Assembly: GCF_002105155.1 (NCBI RefSeq)
Contig: NW_019028990.1
Coordinates: forward strand, 558,001-622,000
From: Lobosporangium transversale
Lineage: Eukaryota
DNA length: 64,000 nucleotides
Direction: 5' to 3'
Part shown: positions 51,282 through 64,000 of the stretch, in pieces
Position numbering within the stretch: position 1 is the first letter of the stretch
Layout: the number at the start of each line of letters is the position of its first letter
Translations under genes and position numbers: made by a program
The notes under the pieces: generated by a model
Databases searched by the model: none
Told to the model about the DNA's origin: nothing
What the model saw: the letters and a program-made list of their open reading frames with translations, nothing else

Positions 51282-52263
51282 TCACCGACGGCCACGGCCA
51301 CGACCATTTTTCTTGCCACGATCTTCACGTCCACCTGATGATCTATTGCTTCGTGATCTATCTTTAATGGCTGTGATCTTGCGCTGCATCTTTCCTTCAT
51401 ATCCTGTTTAAGAAGAAAAGAAAAGAAAGACATGATAGGACAGGACAGGACAATGTATAAGTAGATAAAAAAAAAAAAAAAAAAAAAGGATGTGTTCATC
51501 CTTTAACCTAACAATATCTTCAATCGAATAGAAAGAGGCACTTACGGAATTTCTTCTTCTCCTTGGCATTCTTGATCTTGTTGGCACCTTTCAGCGTGGT
51601 AGCTGAGGATGAGCCGATCTTCCGCCTCTTCCTATCACTATCATTCTCACCCTCATCGTCGTCATCATTATCATTGTCCTTAGCATTTGTTCCTGATGAA
51701 GCTGATGAACCCTTTGATTTCTTCTTTTGATTCTTTTCCATCGTAGCGGTGTTATTTTTTGGTAACCCAAATAACCCATCATCCTGATTCATATCTTCGA
51801 TCACTGTTACAGTCGTAAGAGATGTCTTGGTCTTGAACTCTGATTTCTTTGGTTTTGTCTTCTGTCCTTTAACCTTTTCATCATCACTACCGCTTTCATT
51901 ACCCTCTTGTTCATCTCCAGAAAAAACACTCTTGTCTTCTTCTTCATCACTAAGCGGTTCACCATACTTGATCTTCAATTCTATTACAAAGAAATAATTC
52001 AATAGAACATTAGTTAGGAATTAGAATAAGAATAGGAATAGGAATAGGAATAGGAATGGAAATGGGAATGGGAATAGGAATAAATAGATTCTTTTTCGTT
52101 CATCAGACACTCATTCAAGAATAATAAGACGTTGACAATAATAACTAAATAAAAAATCACTTTACGTCTTCTGTATTTCTCATACTCTTTGAGCTTTTCT
52201 TCTTGCATCTCTTTCCTAGCAGCTCTTGCCTATTGAAAAAAATAAATAAATAAAGTGTGAATG

Positions 52264-52298
<35 letters not shown>

Positions 52299-52708
52299 AT
52301 AATAATAATAATAATAATAATAATACCTCTTTGCGAGCTTCCAGTTTTTCTTCATGTTCCTTCTTTTTAGCAATCTCGCGAGCAACATTCTGACGATGAA
52401 CTTTACGCTTATGGAATCCTGTCAAATACTCTCTATAAACAATAAAAAAAAAAAAAAAAAAAAAAAAAAGGACCCACTGATAAGTAATTGCTTATGAGAC
52501 AACTCTCATAGAGAGGGACAATAGATTAAACTCGAGCGATGAAAGTTTCGAGAAAGAAAGAGGACAGAAGGCGGAGGGGGGACCAATTTTTTTTTTACTT
52601 TCTAGCTTCGGTATCGAATGTCACCTCGGCAACCTGCTCCTTCCGTGCCTTGCGCTTCTTGGCATAGACTTCTGACCCACTGGATAATAACTGTGCGTTA
52701 TTACTCAT
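51282..52708 (-). CDS. RRP17: Ribosomal RNA-processing protein 17 / NOL12 (Nop25 domain)
   Basis: EVTFDTEARK spliced to EYLTGFHKRK...R, TTVTVIE and KKKFRY; multi-exon. Confidence 0.85.
52015..52085. repeat. Intronic (GGAATA/GGAATG)n microsatellite in RRP17
   Basis: Read directly from the sequence. Confidence 0.85.
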
Positions 52709-53295
52709 ATTGAAATAAATAATTGATCTGTTGGAATTTGCTCAATATCCTCTGCTTTTAAATATATAAATTCTGATAGCAAGTGTTGCTCTATTCTCTC
52801 TTTGTCTTCCTTTTCTTTTTTTCCCTTGAGTTTTAAAGGCAGCTATGCTCCTATTCCTGGAGAAGTATTGTCATGGAATGGTGTGAATGAGACGAGGTGT
52901 CTTGAAAAAAAAAAAAAAAAAAAAAGAAAAGCCAGGGTCAAGCTCTGTTGTTGTGGCTTGAGTGACTGTCCATCGCCACCAACTTTATTTTTAGTGATTA
53001 CAATGATAAATGTCAATTGAAGCCCAAATTAGACAAGTGAATTTTCACGCGCTCGATTCAATTTATTAGATAATATAATTACACTGGGATCAACTACATG
53101 CAAACAGAAAAAGCAAACTTATGGGAATACACAACATGAAACGAACTTAGAGCAAAAACAAATGATATCAGGGATTGAAGAAAAAAAAGAGAAAAAGAAA
53201 AAAAGCAAGTAGGCAAAACAGATGATATGATTTTCCAAGCGGAAAGTTAAAAACTATGTACAAGAAATAAGAACACACCAGTATGCAACTCAAAT

Positions 53296-54951
53296 CTAGC
53301 CACGGATGAATGGGGTTGAAGGAGAGGTTGAGTAGCCGGTGTAGAAATTTGAATGAGGGCTCGACTCATAAAAGCAGTAGCGATCGACAAGATCAACATA
53401 GCTTGATGATCCAACTTGAGGTCGGTCAGCTTCGGATTGAATAGATTTAATCGAAACAGACGAATCATTCTCTCGGCTGGACCACGAGTTGTAACCGTTC
53501 TTCTTGGAAACAACAGGTTGATCAAATTCGATGTGGAAATGCTCTGGAGGAGAAGCAGCCGCCAAATAAGGGTTCACGAACTTTGGCGAAGATGCATAAA
53601 GTGAATGCTGATATCCGGGAGGTGACTGGATTGGAGCGATGTATTCGCTCGGTCGATAGGCAGTTTGGCTGACGTTGGGAATATCCATTTTAGAGGAGGT
53701 ATAACGCGAGGGAATGCTAATAGGCTGGCTATAGGCCGCAGAGAGCGAAGTAGACAAATCGTAGCGGTTATTTGTCTTTTTCTTGAGAACCGGCTTGTTA
53801 TAATCAGAGATTTGTGAAGCCAGGAGGATGCTATTCATCTGCTTGGAGAGATCAGATGATGTGGGCTTGGGTGCGGTCACGACGACGCGCTTGCATTCAA
53901 CTTGATAGTTCATTCCATTGTTACTGTCCCAAAATTCCCGACCAATTACTTGGTACCGTACTGCAAAGCAGAAGGTCTTCTCCACTATGGATTTCTCCAT
54001 AGCCAGGGCAATTTTGAATGTAAACCGGTCAACAGCTACACCAGGAATGGACTCCTTGTATTCTGCATTGACTTCTGATTGAGTCTGCCAAAAGTCAGCC
54101 GTGTAACGTACAGAAACATGCTTGTGGAAAGCAATGTTTTGAATTAGGATGGTGCCAACGAGTTCTGATTGGTCCTCAGAGAGCTCCACATTTTCAACAC
54201 ATAGAGGAGTGGCACCAGCATCAATATTGCCAGGTTTGAAGGCACCCTTAGCAACAGGACTCCAGTTAGTCAAGGTAAGCTTAATATCGCTGGTAGACTG
54301 TTCCTCTTGACCAGCATCAATGATAGTCTCGCGGTCAGCAATGCAGGAGGGTGTTTCGCCTTGCAAGAACAGACGAACATGTTCGAGCTGGGTGTTAAAA
54401 TGCACGAACTTTGGACTAGACATATTAGGTGTGGAATGGAAGCGAATAGGCGAGGGTCTCGCTAAACTATTGTTGTTTGAATCTGCCACGACAGAACTCT
54501 TCAAAGCAGACTTGATGGGAAGTCCGCTTTTAAGCAAAGGAACAGCCTGCTTGTGAGTGGGAGAGGTTGGGGTAGGGGGGGTGGTGCTGATTTTTGGTGC
54601 TGGATGGTCATCGCTATTCTTAGTGATGATAGTGGCGGGAGAGGGGACAGGGGTAGTTGGAGAGGTATTGGAATCTCTGATAGCATTAGAAGACTGGAAC
54701 GAAGTTGAATCAAGTCGAGGTATATTTGGGCTTTGAGCATTGAGTGGTGCTGATCCAGGCTCAGACACTGCAAGGCTGTCTTCAGAAGCATAAGTAAAGA
54801 GGCGCTGACCAGAAGGTACAGAGGTTGTTCGTCTCAAAGAGAGGGTCACTCTCTTGTTGGTGGCAGCGAGAGGATGAGGCAAGGTCCTGAAAACAACCCG
54901 GTCGGGGCTGGCAAGGACGATGGGTTGTGTAGGAGAGGATGAGAGAGACAT
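53296..54951 (-). CDS. Glycogen-targeting protein phosphatase 1 regulatory subunit (CBM21 domain, Gac1-like)
   Basis: KSALK (SILK-like), KFVHF (RVxF), VENV.L...GTILIQNIAFHKHVSVRYTADFW and FWDSNNGMNY. Single exon from ATG 54951. Confidence 0.9.
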   Translation of the reverse strand: MSLSSSPTQPIVLASPDRVVFRTLPHPLAATNKRVTLSLRRTTSVPSGQRLFTYASEDSLAVSEPGSAPLNAQSPNIPRLDSTSFQSSNAIRDSNTSPTTPVPSPATIITKNSDDHPAPKISTTPPTPTSPTHKQAVPLLKSGLPIKSALKSSVVADSNNNSLARPSPIRFHSTPNMSSPKFVHFNTQLEHVRLFLQGETPSCIADRETIIDAGQEEQSTSDIKLTLTNWSPVAKGAFKPGNIDAGATPLCVENVELSEDQSELVGTILIQNIAFHKHVSVRYTADFWQTQSEVNAEYKESIPGVAVDRFTFKIALAMEKSIVEKTFCFAVRYQVIGREFWDSNNGMNYQVECKRVVVTAPKPTSSDLSKQMNSILLASQISDYNKPVLKKKTNNRYDLSTSLSAAYSQPISIPSRYTSSKMDIPNVSQTAYRPSEYIAPIQSPPGYQHSLYASSPKFVNPYLAAASPPEHFHIEFDQPVVSKKNGYNSWSSRENDSSVSIKSIQSEADRPQVGSSSYVDLVDRYCFYESSPHSNFYTGYSTSPSTPFIRG

Positions 54952-57906
54952 TTGGTACGAAAAGCAAAGGAAAAGAAAGATATGGTAACGAGGGAGGATA
55001 TGCTCTCGTTGAGCTTGTTTACTGATGGATGGATGAAGCAATCAATAAAAAAAAGGGCCTGGTTGTATGCCGAAGAATACAGGATGTAAGATATGAGGAG
55101 AGAAAGAGAAAGAGAAAGAGAAAAAGAGGTAAAGGAATGAGAAAGATAGAGAAAAAGAGGAGCGAGAAGGGATGGAAGGAATGAGAACAAGAGTAAGAAT
55201 AGTAAAAGTACAAGATATGAGAAACTAAGGGTATATGTGTCAAGATAGACAAAATAGGAATGAGGAAAAGAAGAAAGAAGAAAAAAAAAAGAGAGAGGAC
55301 AGGTTTAAAAAGAAAAGACCACGGTTTTAAAAAGGAGAAACAGAGAACAAAAGATATGATAAAGGCAGACAATAGGAGATAAAAAAAATGCAGGGTGAAT
55401 GATAGAGATAAAGAAAAAAAATACCAGCGAATACAGGGGGGACGGAGGTCAAAAAAAGTTCGGCGGCAAAAAAAAAAAAATTATGATAGGGCATGGACCG
55501 CAGTTGAATATGTCGAGCAAGAGATAAGAAAACGGGAAAAAGCAAAAGCAAAAGCAAAAAATACAGGCAAATAGAAAGACAGATTAGGTTGGGAGAGAGA
55601 GAAAGAGAAATGGTTAGAAAAACGATTCTGATACGAGTCCATGGAATGGGTCTTACATAAGACAAAAGTAAGCACACATCATTCCTTATTCTTTTACGAA
55701 AGAGGGATGAGGTGACATTGAAAAAAAGTAAATGGAAATACACATGTATCATCCTTTTACCCATACAGTTCCCCAATTATTTTTGATTCCCCCCCTCCGC
55801 GTGTTTGGCAATTAAATATTTCAAATTTGAAATAGTGCGTTTGTTTCCTACCTGAAAATGTTCTGTGTAGTTTCTTGACTTTTAAGACTAGACTGCTGTG
55901 ATCCAATTAGGCTGCCTATTAGGATTGTTCTATAAAAATAAAAATAACAATTAAAACAAACGAGACGTCAGTTCTTCGTGCCATGGACTGGGAAAGGTTG
56001 AAGTGGTTTTCTCTTTGCCATCTTGACAAATGGATGGTCAAAGACATATTTATGCGTACAAAAGATAGACACATCCCACAATCCCATGACCAGAGGAGAG
56101 GTCCGTTCATCAAGTCATTGTTTGATTATAAACAAGTTCATCCAATGCACACAATAATTCAGGAAAAAATAAAACTCATGGAGCAAACTAGCAAACGCGT
56201 AAACTACTAGACTGCGAATTGTGCAGAAGTAGGGGGAGAAATCAACTTTCTGTCAAAGCCCAAAATGATAATTGTCTGACCAAGTTCCTCCTTTGCGCAC
56301 GGCTTGCCTGATCCAGGGAAAGTTGTGGGGGAAAAGATGAGGATGTGGACATAAAAGAAGGCGATAATACACACAAATAAGCAGGCAAAGTTGTTGGGAA
56401 TCTATCCAGACCATTTGGAATGAACAGAAAACGGGCAACAAACAAAGCTGTTGAAGAAAAAAAAAGGGGGATAGTGGTTTGCATGATATGCATGAGATAA
56501 ATAGAAAGAAAGTAAAAAGAAGTTCCAAGTGAGAACGGGATGAGCAAGCTGTCGATTGTGCATGCATAGGATATGCACGGGACACAGACTTTCATCTGTG
56601 GCGATCACCCCGATGTCTATGCACAGTGGCCGAGGCCACAAAAAGTATAGTCTTTTAAGACTGAAAAAAATGATAACACTATGATCAAAATCCTTTTTGC
56701 AGGCGCTTGTTTGTTTTTGTTGCGAAGCTTTTTTCATTTTACAACACAAAAAGCCAAATAAACAAACAAAACAAACTAATATTTCTCCTTGTCAATGGCC
56801 TTCACAGGCAAGCCAAAAAAGGCTTGCCTTAAGGATAATCGTGATAGATGAATACAAACAAATCTCACAGATCATTACTAGCCAAATTGGCAGAAAAAGA
56901 GAGAATATGGTACAGGATCATAACTGCCTTGGGAGTAGAAGCCAATGAACTTTGGACGTTGGCATGCCAGCCAGAGCAAAAGAGAGGTGCACAAAAAAAA
57001 AGGGAGAGAAAGTTTGCGGGAACACCAAAAGTAACAAAAAAAGACACCTATTCCCATGATAAAAATACGACTGCTGGACGGGACAGATACATGCAGACTG
57101 TAGACGTATCGCTGGGAAAGGAATGCAACTAATCTACCATTTGATACTAATCCTGTATTAATGCTAGGCACAAAATAAGATGACTACAATAACTATGTGA
57201 AGGTGGAAAGGTTGAGAGAATGTGTAGAGGAATTAAAGCCCTACCTGAAGCTTTTTTTTTTTTTTTTTTTTTTTTTTTGAAAGGAAGAAAATAAACGTGT
57301 GCGTGGACAGTAAAGAACAAGTGTGCGTGGTGGTGCGTTACAAGGATGGAGAGATTAAGAGAGAGAGCAGAAAGAGGATGAAAAGCCGACTTTTTCGGAA
57401 TATAAGATGGGTGAATATGTAAAGAATAGAGAGACGCAGAGGAATGAAAAAGGCACAATAAAAGGGCGAAGAAGGGGAAAAAAAGCCGCTTTTATTTTCT
57501 TCAAGCTGAAAACGAGTTGAAGGAATGGAAGAAGCTTGAATAAATATGAAAGATTAAAAATGCATTCAATTGAATAGAACTTCTTGACCTTGTCAGCCTG
57601 CTTATCTCTAGACTGGAAAAAGAACGAAGATTCCCTATCTCACTCTCACATCCTTTGCCACTCCTCTGAGTCTTGTCCTTTACTGTGCGGTTCTCGCAGA
57701 TGTGGACTATTTTTATACTCCACCTGGTCCTCTTTCTCTTACTACCATCATCTGTTGATCTCCTTATCGTCTTTGTCTTCTATAACGCTCCATGATACCA
57801 TACGAGCACTCTTTTTGTCTAAACGGCACTATCCATCTTCTGCTCTATCAATTTGGTCTTTGTATTGGAAGCATAAGAATTTGAATAGAATGAGGTATCA
57901 CCTCAG

Positions 57907-57943
<37 letters not shown>

Positions 57944-58912
57944 CTATCATGGACGCCAAAGACTCCGTTATCTCCAACTCTTTTACGATTAAAAAAAACT
58001 GCTTGGCTTCTACAAATGGAATGTTTTATTTCTTTATTATTAATATTTTGGGTTTGTCATTCTCCGCTATGGCGTGAATAGATGGAGAAAAAGAAAATAC
58101 AATGAGGCTTGGAATATTAGTAAAATTGCTAAAACAACCTCATCGTCCTTCTCTGTGGTTTCATTTTTCTTTTTCATTTTCCTGTTGGAAAAGGGATGGA
58201 TAATGAATGCAAAAAAACATTGAATTATTGGTTAGGAAATCCACGCTAAGAAGCCAAGTTGATTTTCCAATGGAGACATGCAAGCACAGACCAATTATCT
58301 GCTGAGGAACCAGTAGATTCTCTTGCTCTCGTATTTCAGCCACATTGCAGGAAAAAAAAAAATCTTATCCAGATACAAGATTGGTCTCATAGTCAAAGAT
58401 TAGTTAGTTTAGTTAGTTTATACATGTGAACATTCTAGGACAGCATAAATTTAATTGACAGTATGGTATAGCCTGATATACTTAATTGATATCAGGCACC
58501 CACGTAGACTCAGGTGTCAAACGCTGGGGCCGAACACATCAGCCCATGCAGACACAAACTCCTCTCAGCACAGTGGACTACAGATTACCCATTTCTTAAA
58601 AAGCCTCTTTTGTAAAAGATAAGGAAAGCAAGGAACAATGAACCTGAAGAGCGTAGGAATTAGAAAAAAAAAAAAAAAAGGTGGAGATACACTAAAAAGC
58701 AAGGACATCACTTCTCTCTATCAAGCTTTTGTAGGGGTAGCCAGATCGGAGATGAAACATCTTGCTCGTCTTCATCGCTCTTTTTAATTTTTATGATAAT
58801 TTAAGCGTCGATCGAGCTATTCGGGATCTCAACTTAATAGGAACTCTAAAGTTGTTATTTTAAATCAAAATGGAAATAAATATACACAGTATGTATACAC
58901 GTTTATATAGTA

Positions 58913-59098
58913 TACTCCGTCCCATTTGGTCAGTGATTCATATATTTTTTGAATAATCTTGATTGAATTGGGAGCCAATTATATTCCTTGGCACCAGTTC
59001 GTCACAGAGGGTGAAATGTCAAAATCAGCCACCAAATCAATTCAATCATCGTTTTTTGAATAGAAAATATATGAATCACTGACCAACGAGTTGGAGGA
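58913..59098. mobile_element. Tc1/mariner-type (Stowaway-like) MITE with TA TSD
   Basis: Left TA|TACTCCGTCCCATTTGGTCAGTGATTCATATATTTT; right AAAATATATGAATCACTGACCAACGAGTTGGAGGA|TA, giving a 23-bp perfect inverted core. Confidence 0.8.
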
Positions 59099-60076
59099 TA
59101 GGACCTGTAGGCAGTACAAAATGACATTTGTTTATCAGGTCATGGATTTTAGCACAGCAGAGAAACATCAGATGCAAAATAGGAATAATTATCCGAGTTC
59201 AGGCTGCATAACTCTTCTCTCATCCTTCATTCGCCAACGGCCAATATCCAACAACTACCTGAGTGTTCCTCTGAACGCTTTTTTGACAAGACAATTTTCT
59301 AGCCAAATAGACACAACTCTACTTGCTCATTTGCTAAGCCCGGTCTATCTAAGGGGAGTGAGACTTCTTTTGCATGTGGGAAGATGACTAATAACAACGG
59401 GCAATAGTTCTGCCTCCATGCAATGGAGGATTGATTGAATCCGTTTGACTTTCTGTTTTTTTTTTTTTTGAACTGAAGGATCTGCAAGGTCGGGAATGTT
59501 GTCATTCCCTTATCCATTTTCCTCATAGCCGAAAATGGTCCACACTATCTAACTTTGTTTAAGAGCCTAGATCACGCTAAAGGTTGCTGGGTTCATGCAA
59601 TTATTCTGCGAGTTTTGTCTCATGACCTTCCTCCAACCAAATAGAATGCACTTTCCTGTGAAGGGGAACTGAATCCTGATCTTTTTACATCAATACCCAA
59701 ATCTGAATTATTATATATACCGTAAAAGCTTTTTTTTTGTCCGTGTAAACAAAATATGAAACCATGAAAGGTTTCAATATATTCCATCCATGAAGCATTT
59801 GAGGAGTGTGTCTTTTCCTTGTTCTCAGTATTTGCCGTTTCAATTGAGGCTGTTACACTTGTGCTGCCTCTTCTCCTTCGTATTTGATACTATTCGTAAA
59901 CACCCCAAACCAACATTACCAATCAAAACCTTTTTTTTTTTTTTTTTTTCCGTTTTATATAATATAAACTATCTTTAACTTGAGAATATTGTTGTTTGCA
60001 AGAGGACAGGACAAATTACTCGAATTAGACTGCCCTTTCTCTTCCTCACACACGCGTCAAAGTCACTTGGCTCTGC

Positions 60077-60264
60077 CTACGTAACACCTACTAAGCCTTC
60101 CAAATTCCTCAGTTCGCGACTTTGGAAAATAACAACATGTAATTGTTGGATGGCATATCTATAATTCGGTCTAGTTTCAAGTCTGCTTCATTCTTTGCTA
60201 CGGCCTCGATCTCCTCAATGTCTCGTACGCCCCAAGATGGGTTACGGCCCCGCAGAGTTTCATC

Positions 60265-60295
<31 letters not shown>

Positions 60296-61113
60296 CAAAA
60301 AAAAAACAAAGGAGTGTCGTCAGCAAAAAAGACAGTAACATAGTGAACAGATTTGTCATGTGTGATGTGAAGTGTCAACCTGTTCAATCATAAAACACAC
60401 CTGACGGTTACTTTCGGTATTGAATTTACCGTCCTTCTTGAATGGACCGTAGATAGCCAATCTTCCACCATTCCTAAGCACTTTCCCTGCTCCACGCACA
60501 ATAGACTGGCCGACAATCCATGGTGAGATATGGAAAACATTTGTTGTGATCAATAGATCGTAAACACCGTGAATCGTTGGCGTTGCTGCGGAGTTCACTT
60601 GCTTTTGCTGATGCTGTTGGTCCTGTGATTGAAGACCAACTTTTTGAACTCGCTCCCAGTGCTCTGAGTTAGTTGCATCAAGCTCCAATGCTGGATTGAT
60701 GTGATACCCTTCCTTGTTGAGTTCATCTGCATAGGCATCAATGCTGGTAAGGAGATTCGAATCATACTCTGTTGGTTGAAACACAACATTTGGATAGTCT
60801 TTTGAGAAGCGATAGATATGCTGTCCTGAACCAGACCCAACTTCAAGAACTATAGTTGACAAAAGGAAGGAAAAGAAAAAAACGAAAGTGAGAAAATTAT
60901 AGCCCTTTTTTTTTTTTTTTTTTTTTTTCGGTGATAGTGAACTGTCACCTTAATATGCATATTGTTATTACCAAGGCGTGATTTATCCAGGATGGGCTTT
61001 AGCTGTTCCAGGATTACATCCTTGTTTCTATCCGCTGCGGCGTAAAAGACCTTACGATTGACTTGAACAAACTCACTCATGTTTTGTCTATTTGGATCGC
61101 TTACTCCAGACAT
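60077..61113 (-). CDS. SAM-dependent methyltransferase, METTL26/DUF938 family
   Basis: AAADRNKDVIL, VLEVGSGSGQH, FQPTE, NVFHISPW, YGPF, FDETLRGRNPSWGVRD and DMPSNN. Three exons. Confidence 0.9.
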
Positions 61114-61769
61114 AGTTATGTTTTCGTTATTGTCGATATGATTGCTGATGTTCTTGTTGGTAATACTGATGAACTTGTTCGCTTGATGATAAGCGACCCT
61201 TGAATAATCCAAGAAAGCGGAAAGAAGATAAAGAGATAAGAAAATAAAAAAGTGGAAGATGAGAAAACAAGTTTTTTTTTTACCAAGCTTGGTGTTGACG
61301 TGTACACATGCGTTGTTTCAGTTTGTTTCCGCCGCCACTTGGCTCTCGAATATTTACATTTCCTGCAGGAGAGCACAAATGTGCATTCGTATTCCAAGTT
61401 GTTGTACAAAGCGTGAACATGGTAACATGCCTGGTATAAATATATCAAAACCAGGGGTGAACGCTGGAAAAATAAAAAAAAAGGAAGAGAAGAGCAGGAG
61501 GATTCCCCGCATTGTTGCTGGAAGTTTGTGATCTCGTTGTTGTGGCTAAGACATTGTTGTGGCCGATTAGAAAACTAACCTAGCAAATGACTCACTTGGA
61601 AACTACGTTGCTTCCAGTTATCAGCAGCCAACATAAAACCTTCATAGGCTCTTAGTTTTATTGTATATTGCTATAATGCTTGTCATGATGACTGTCCTAT
61701 ATGAATAGTTTTTTTTTTTTTTTTTTTTTTTTTCAGGAGGGGTGGGGTGACTCTAAAATATAAGGTTTT

Positions 61770-62445
61770 TCATTTCTTGCATTGCTTTTTATGGCGTGCT
61801 TTCCAGTCCTCAATCTGACACAAGCGCGAGCAATAATATTTCTTTTTGCATCCTCCACATCGCTGAAATTGATCCTTCTTAGTCTCTTTGTTTTCACAAT
61901 CCTTGGCTGCACAAGTCTTCAGTCCTTCTGAATCCACTTTCTGAGGCTCTCCAACTCTACCAGAAATTATTGTTCTCTTGGCACTGAGAACCTTGCATAA
62001 GAGTTCAAACGACCGTTGACTTCCATTCGAGGCCATAAAGGCCAATTCAAACAAATTCTGTGCACTATCAATGTTGTACAGACCAAAGTCCTTGCTGCCA
62101 TAAATCATTCCCAAGAATTGAAGCGACTCAACCTCAAGTAAATGGTTCGCCTGGTTGAAATATGAAATCGCTGTCTGGAAATATTCCTGAGGCTCGGAAC
62201 TATGGTACTGACTGCTCGAGGGCAACTTTTGACGGAACTCCCTATCAGTTGCTAACTGGAAGAACAATCGTCCTAGTTGTGTTCCAGATGGGCCATAGCC
62301 ATACTGCAATCCACGAGTGTAGTATTCAATCGCCTTGTCCAAATCAACCTCTAGCTTAGGAGTCACATTAGCGTTGCCCTCCTGATAGATCATACCCAGG
62401 TTGTGCGCCGAATCCGGATAACCTATCAAGATCCAAATGAGTCGT

Positions 62446-62481
<36 letters not shown>

Positions 62482-63343
62482 AACATCCTATCTTTATAAA
62501 TTATACACGGGTTCAGTTTTTGTTAATAGCAGCTAATACCCACTTACCATCATCAGCAGTCTTGTTATACCACTCGATAGCCTTGTGCCATTGACCTTTC
62601 TGGTCATAGTACCATCCCACTTTATGCATAGCCATGGGATTACCGACCTCAGCAGCTTTGAGGTAGTAATCAAATGAAATCTGTTCTGGATCTTCGCCCT
62701 CCAAACAGTGTCGACCCTGACATTCCTTATGCTCGTGGAAATAAAACGATCCCAACTGAACAGCAGCCAACGAAAAATTGAATTTATCGAACGCATAGTC
62801 GTAGTAGGCCTTGGCTTCTCTAAAGTTGGGCGCAGCCAGTGGTGACTTTGGTGCTTCGCCTCCGTTAACACCATTATCACGGAAGCCGGCCAAGAGTAAG
62901 CCCTGAGTCAACACTTCCTGAACAGTCAATTGATCCATAGGCGTCTCACGAGGCTTCATGTTGAGATATTTTTGTGCCTTTCCAAGATCCATATCATTTG
63001 CAATATAGGCTGCTGAGACCGCTTTTTGAATTTCCTGCAGATTGAGAACCTCCTGTGTGAAAACTTCAGGTCCTCGTTTGAGTTTAGAAAGGTTAGAGTT
63101 GCGTTCTTTGCGATCCTCTATAAACTTGCGAGCCATCTCTGGGAAAAGAATGGGAACCTTCGCCTCGATCGACGGATCGACCACATGATAGAGGGCAAGC
63201 AGAATTTGACACTGCTCACGAGAAAGGTTCATAAAAGGTTTGAGGCTCCCTTGCTTGCCTAATGGGGTTGAAGTGGGACCATCGGGATTCAAGAGATTAG
63301 TCTCTTCGCAAGCTTTTTCAAATATTTCTTCAATTAGCACCAT
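61770..63343 (-). CDS. Sel1-like repeat protein with C-terminal MYND zinc finger
   Basis: SLR motifs (YYLKAAEVGNPMAMHKVG, SAHNLGMIY) and C..KDC...QRCGGCKKKYYCSRLCQIEDWKARHKKQC. One intron at about 62424-62547. Confidence 0.88.
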
Positions 63344-63884
63344 GGTTGCTGTTTGATGTTTTTTTAATTCAATGAGAAAAGATCTTTTTTTAATTTTTTA
63401 ATTTAATAAACAAAAGTGACCGTTTCATTAAATTCCAGGTTTGTGGCGCGACTAGTTTCCAAGTCCTCATATAAAAACACCCTCTGTAATCGTGACTCTC
63501 AGTGCGCTGTCAATCAATGATCTTGCCAGCATGCTTACCCACCATCACCATTATCACTACTATTACTGCTGGCTCTCTAACCGTAGTGTCTACTTTTACT
63601 AGAAATTACACTTATTCTTATATTTGTCAATGTTGTTGTCACACAAGTTTATTAATGTTGACTCATTTAAGCTATATCATAAACATTGCCGGATGCTATA
63701 GTTTCTAAGTCTAGGCCACTTCGGGTTGAATAGATCTCATGATATTTGTAAGTGAGAGAAATTACCGGAAAAGGCCAGTCACCCAACAATTATAGTAATT
63801 GACTGCCTTGGATGTATCTAGTAATCCTACATTTTCCACTCATTATCCTTGGCCACAAGAGACCGAGGCTATCTCCAGAAAGTA

Positions 63885-64000
63885 TAGCCCGTTCCATTTG
63901 GTCGCGATCCCTTATATTTTTTGAATACTCTTAAATGTATTGGCAGCCAATTGACTCGCTTGTTATTGCAAGTGGTGTGACTGGTCATTAAAATTAATTT
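63885..64000. mobile_element. Second, diverged copy of the 58.9-kb MITE family (left part; cut by the window end)
   Basis: TA|TAGCCCGTTCCATTTGGTCGCGATCCCTTATATTTTTTGAATACTCTT...GCCAATT aligns colinearly with 58913-58980. Confidence 0.65.

Noticed and set aside
58505..58525. hAT-like terminus TAGACTCAGGTGTCAAAC
   Set aside because: No matching inverted end or 8-bp TSD found.
55050..58900. Many short Phe/Leu/Lys-rich ORFs
   Set aside because: Products of purine/pyrimidine-skewed UTR and intergenic sequence and homopolymers upstream of the CBM21 gene.

Overview
Intron-rich eukaryotic DNA from an early-diverging fungus. Gene content, intron style and the Crinkler/RNI-LRR families point to Mucoromycota, probably Mortierellaceae (inference). 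Two blocks of ordinary spliced genes flank an accessory island at about 16.7-30.4 kb. The left block (1-16.7 kb) has IDH1, CWC25, importin alpha, a roadblock dynein light chain missed by the ORF track, an OSR1/SPAK-like STE20 kinase and a YML020W-like hydrolase. The right block (30.5-63.4 kb) has DBP9, a TCERG1-like protein, TMA22, CWC2, a GPATCH11-like protein, an ABCG transporter, a PX protein, RRP17, a CBM21 PP1 subunit, a METTL26-like protein and a Sel1-MYND protein. The island holds an LRR relic, a frameshifted Crinkler (NTPase+REase) gene with further Crinkler relics, nested MITE/MULE elements and a 5'-truncated, intron-containing Fanzor1 (eukaryotic TnpB-like RNA-guided nuclease) whose RuvC triad is intact. 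Downstream of the Fanzor ORF is a structured non-coding segment that appears to contain a spliceosomal intron and ends in a duplicated terminal motif; this is the candidate omegaRNA and transposon end. Two MITEs elsewhere in the window share that terminal motif. All calls come from manual reading and translation; no database searches or RNA folding were run.
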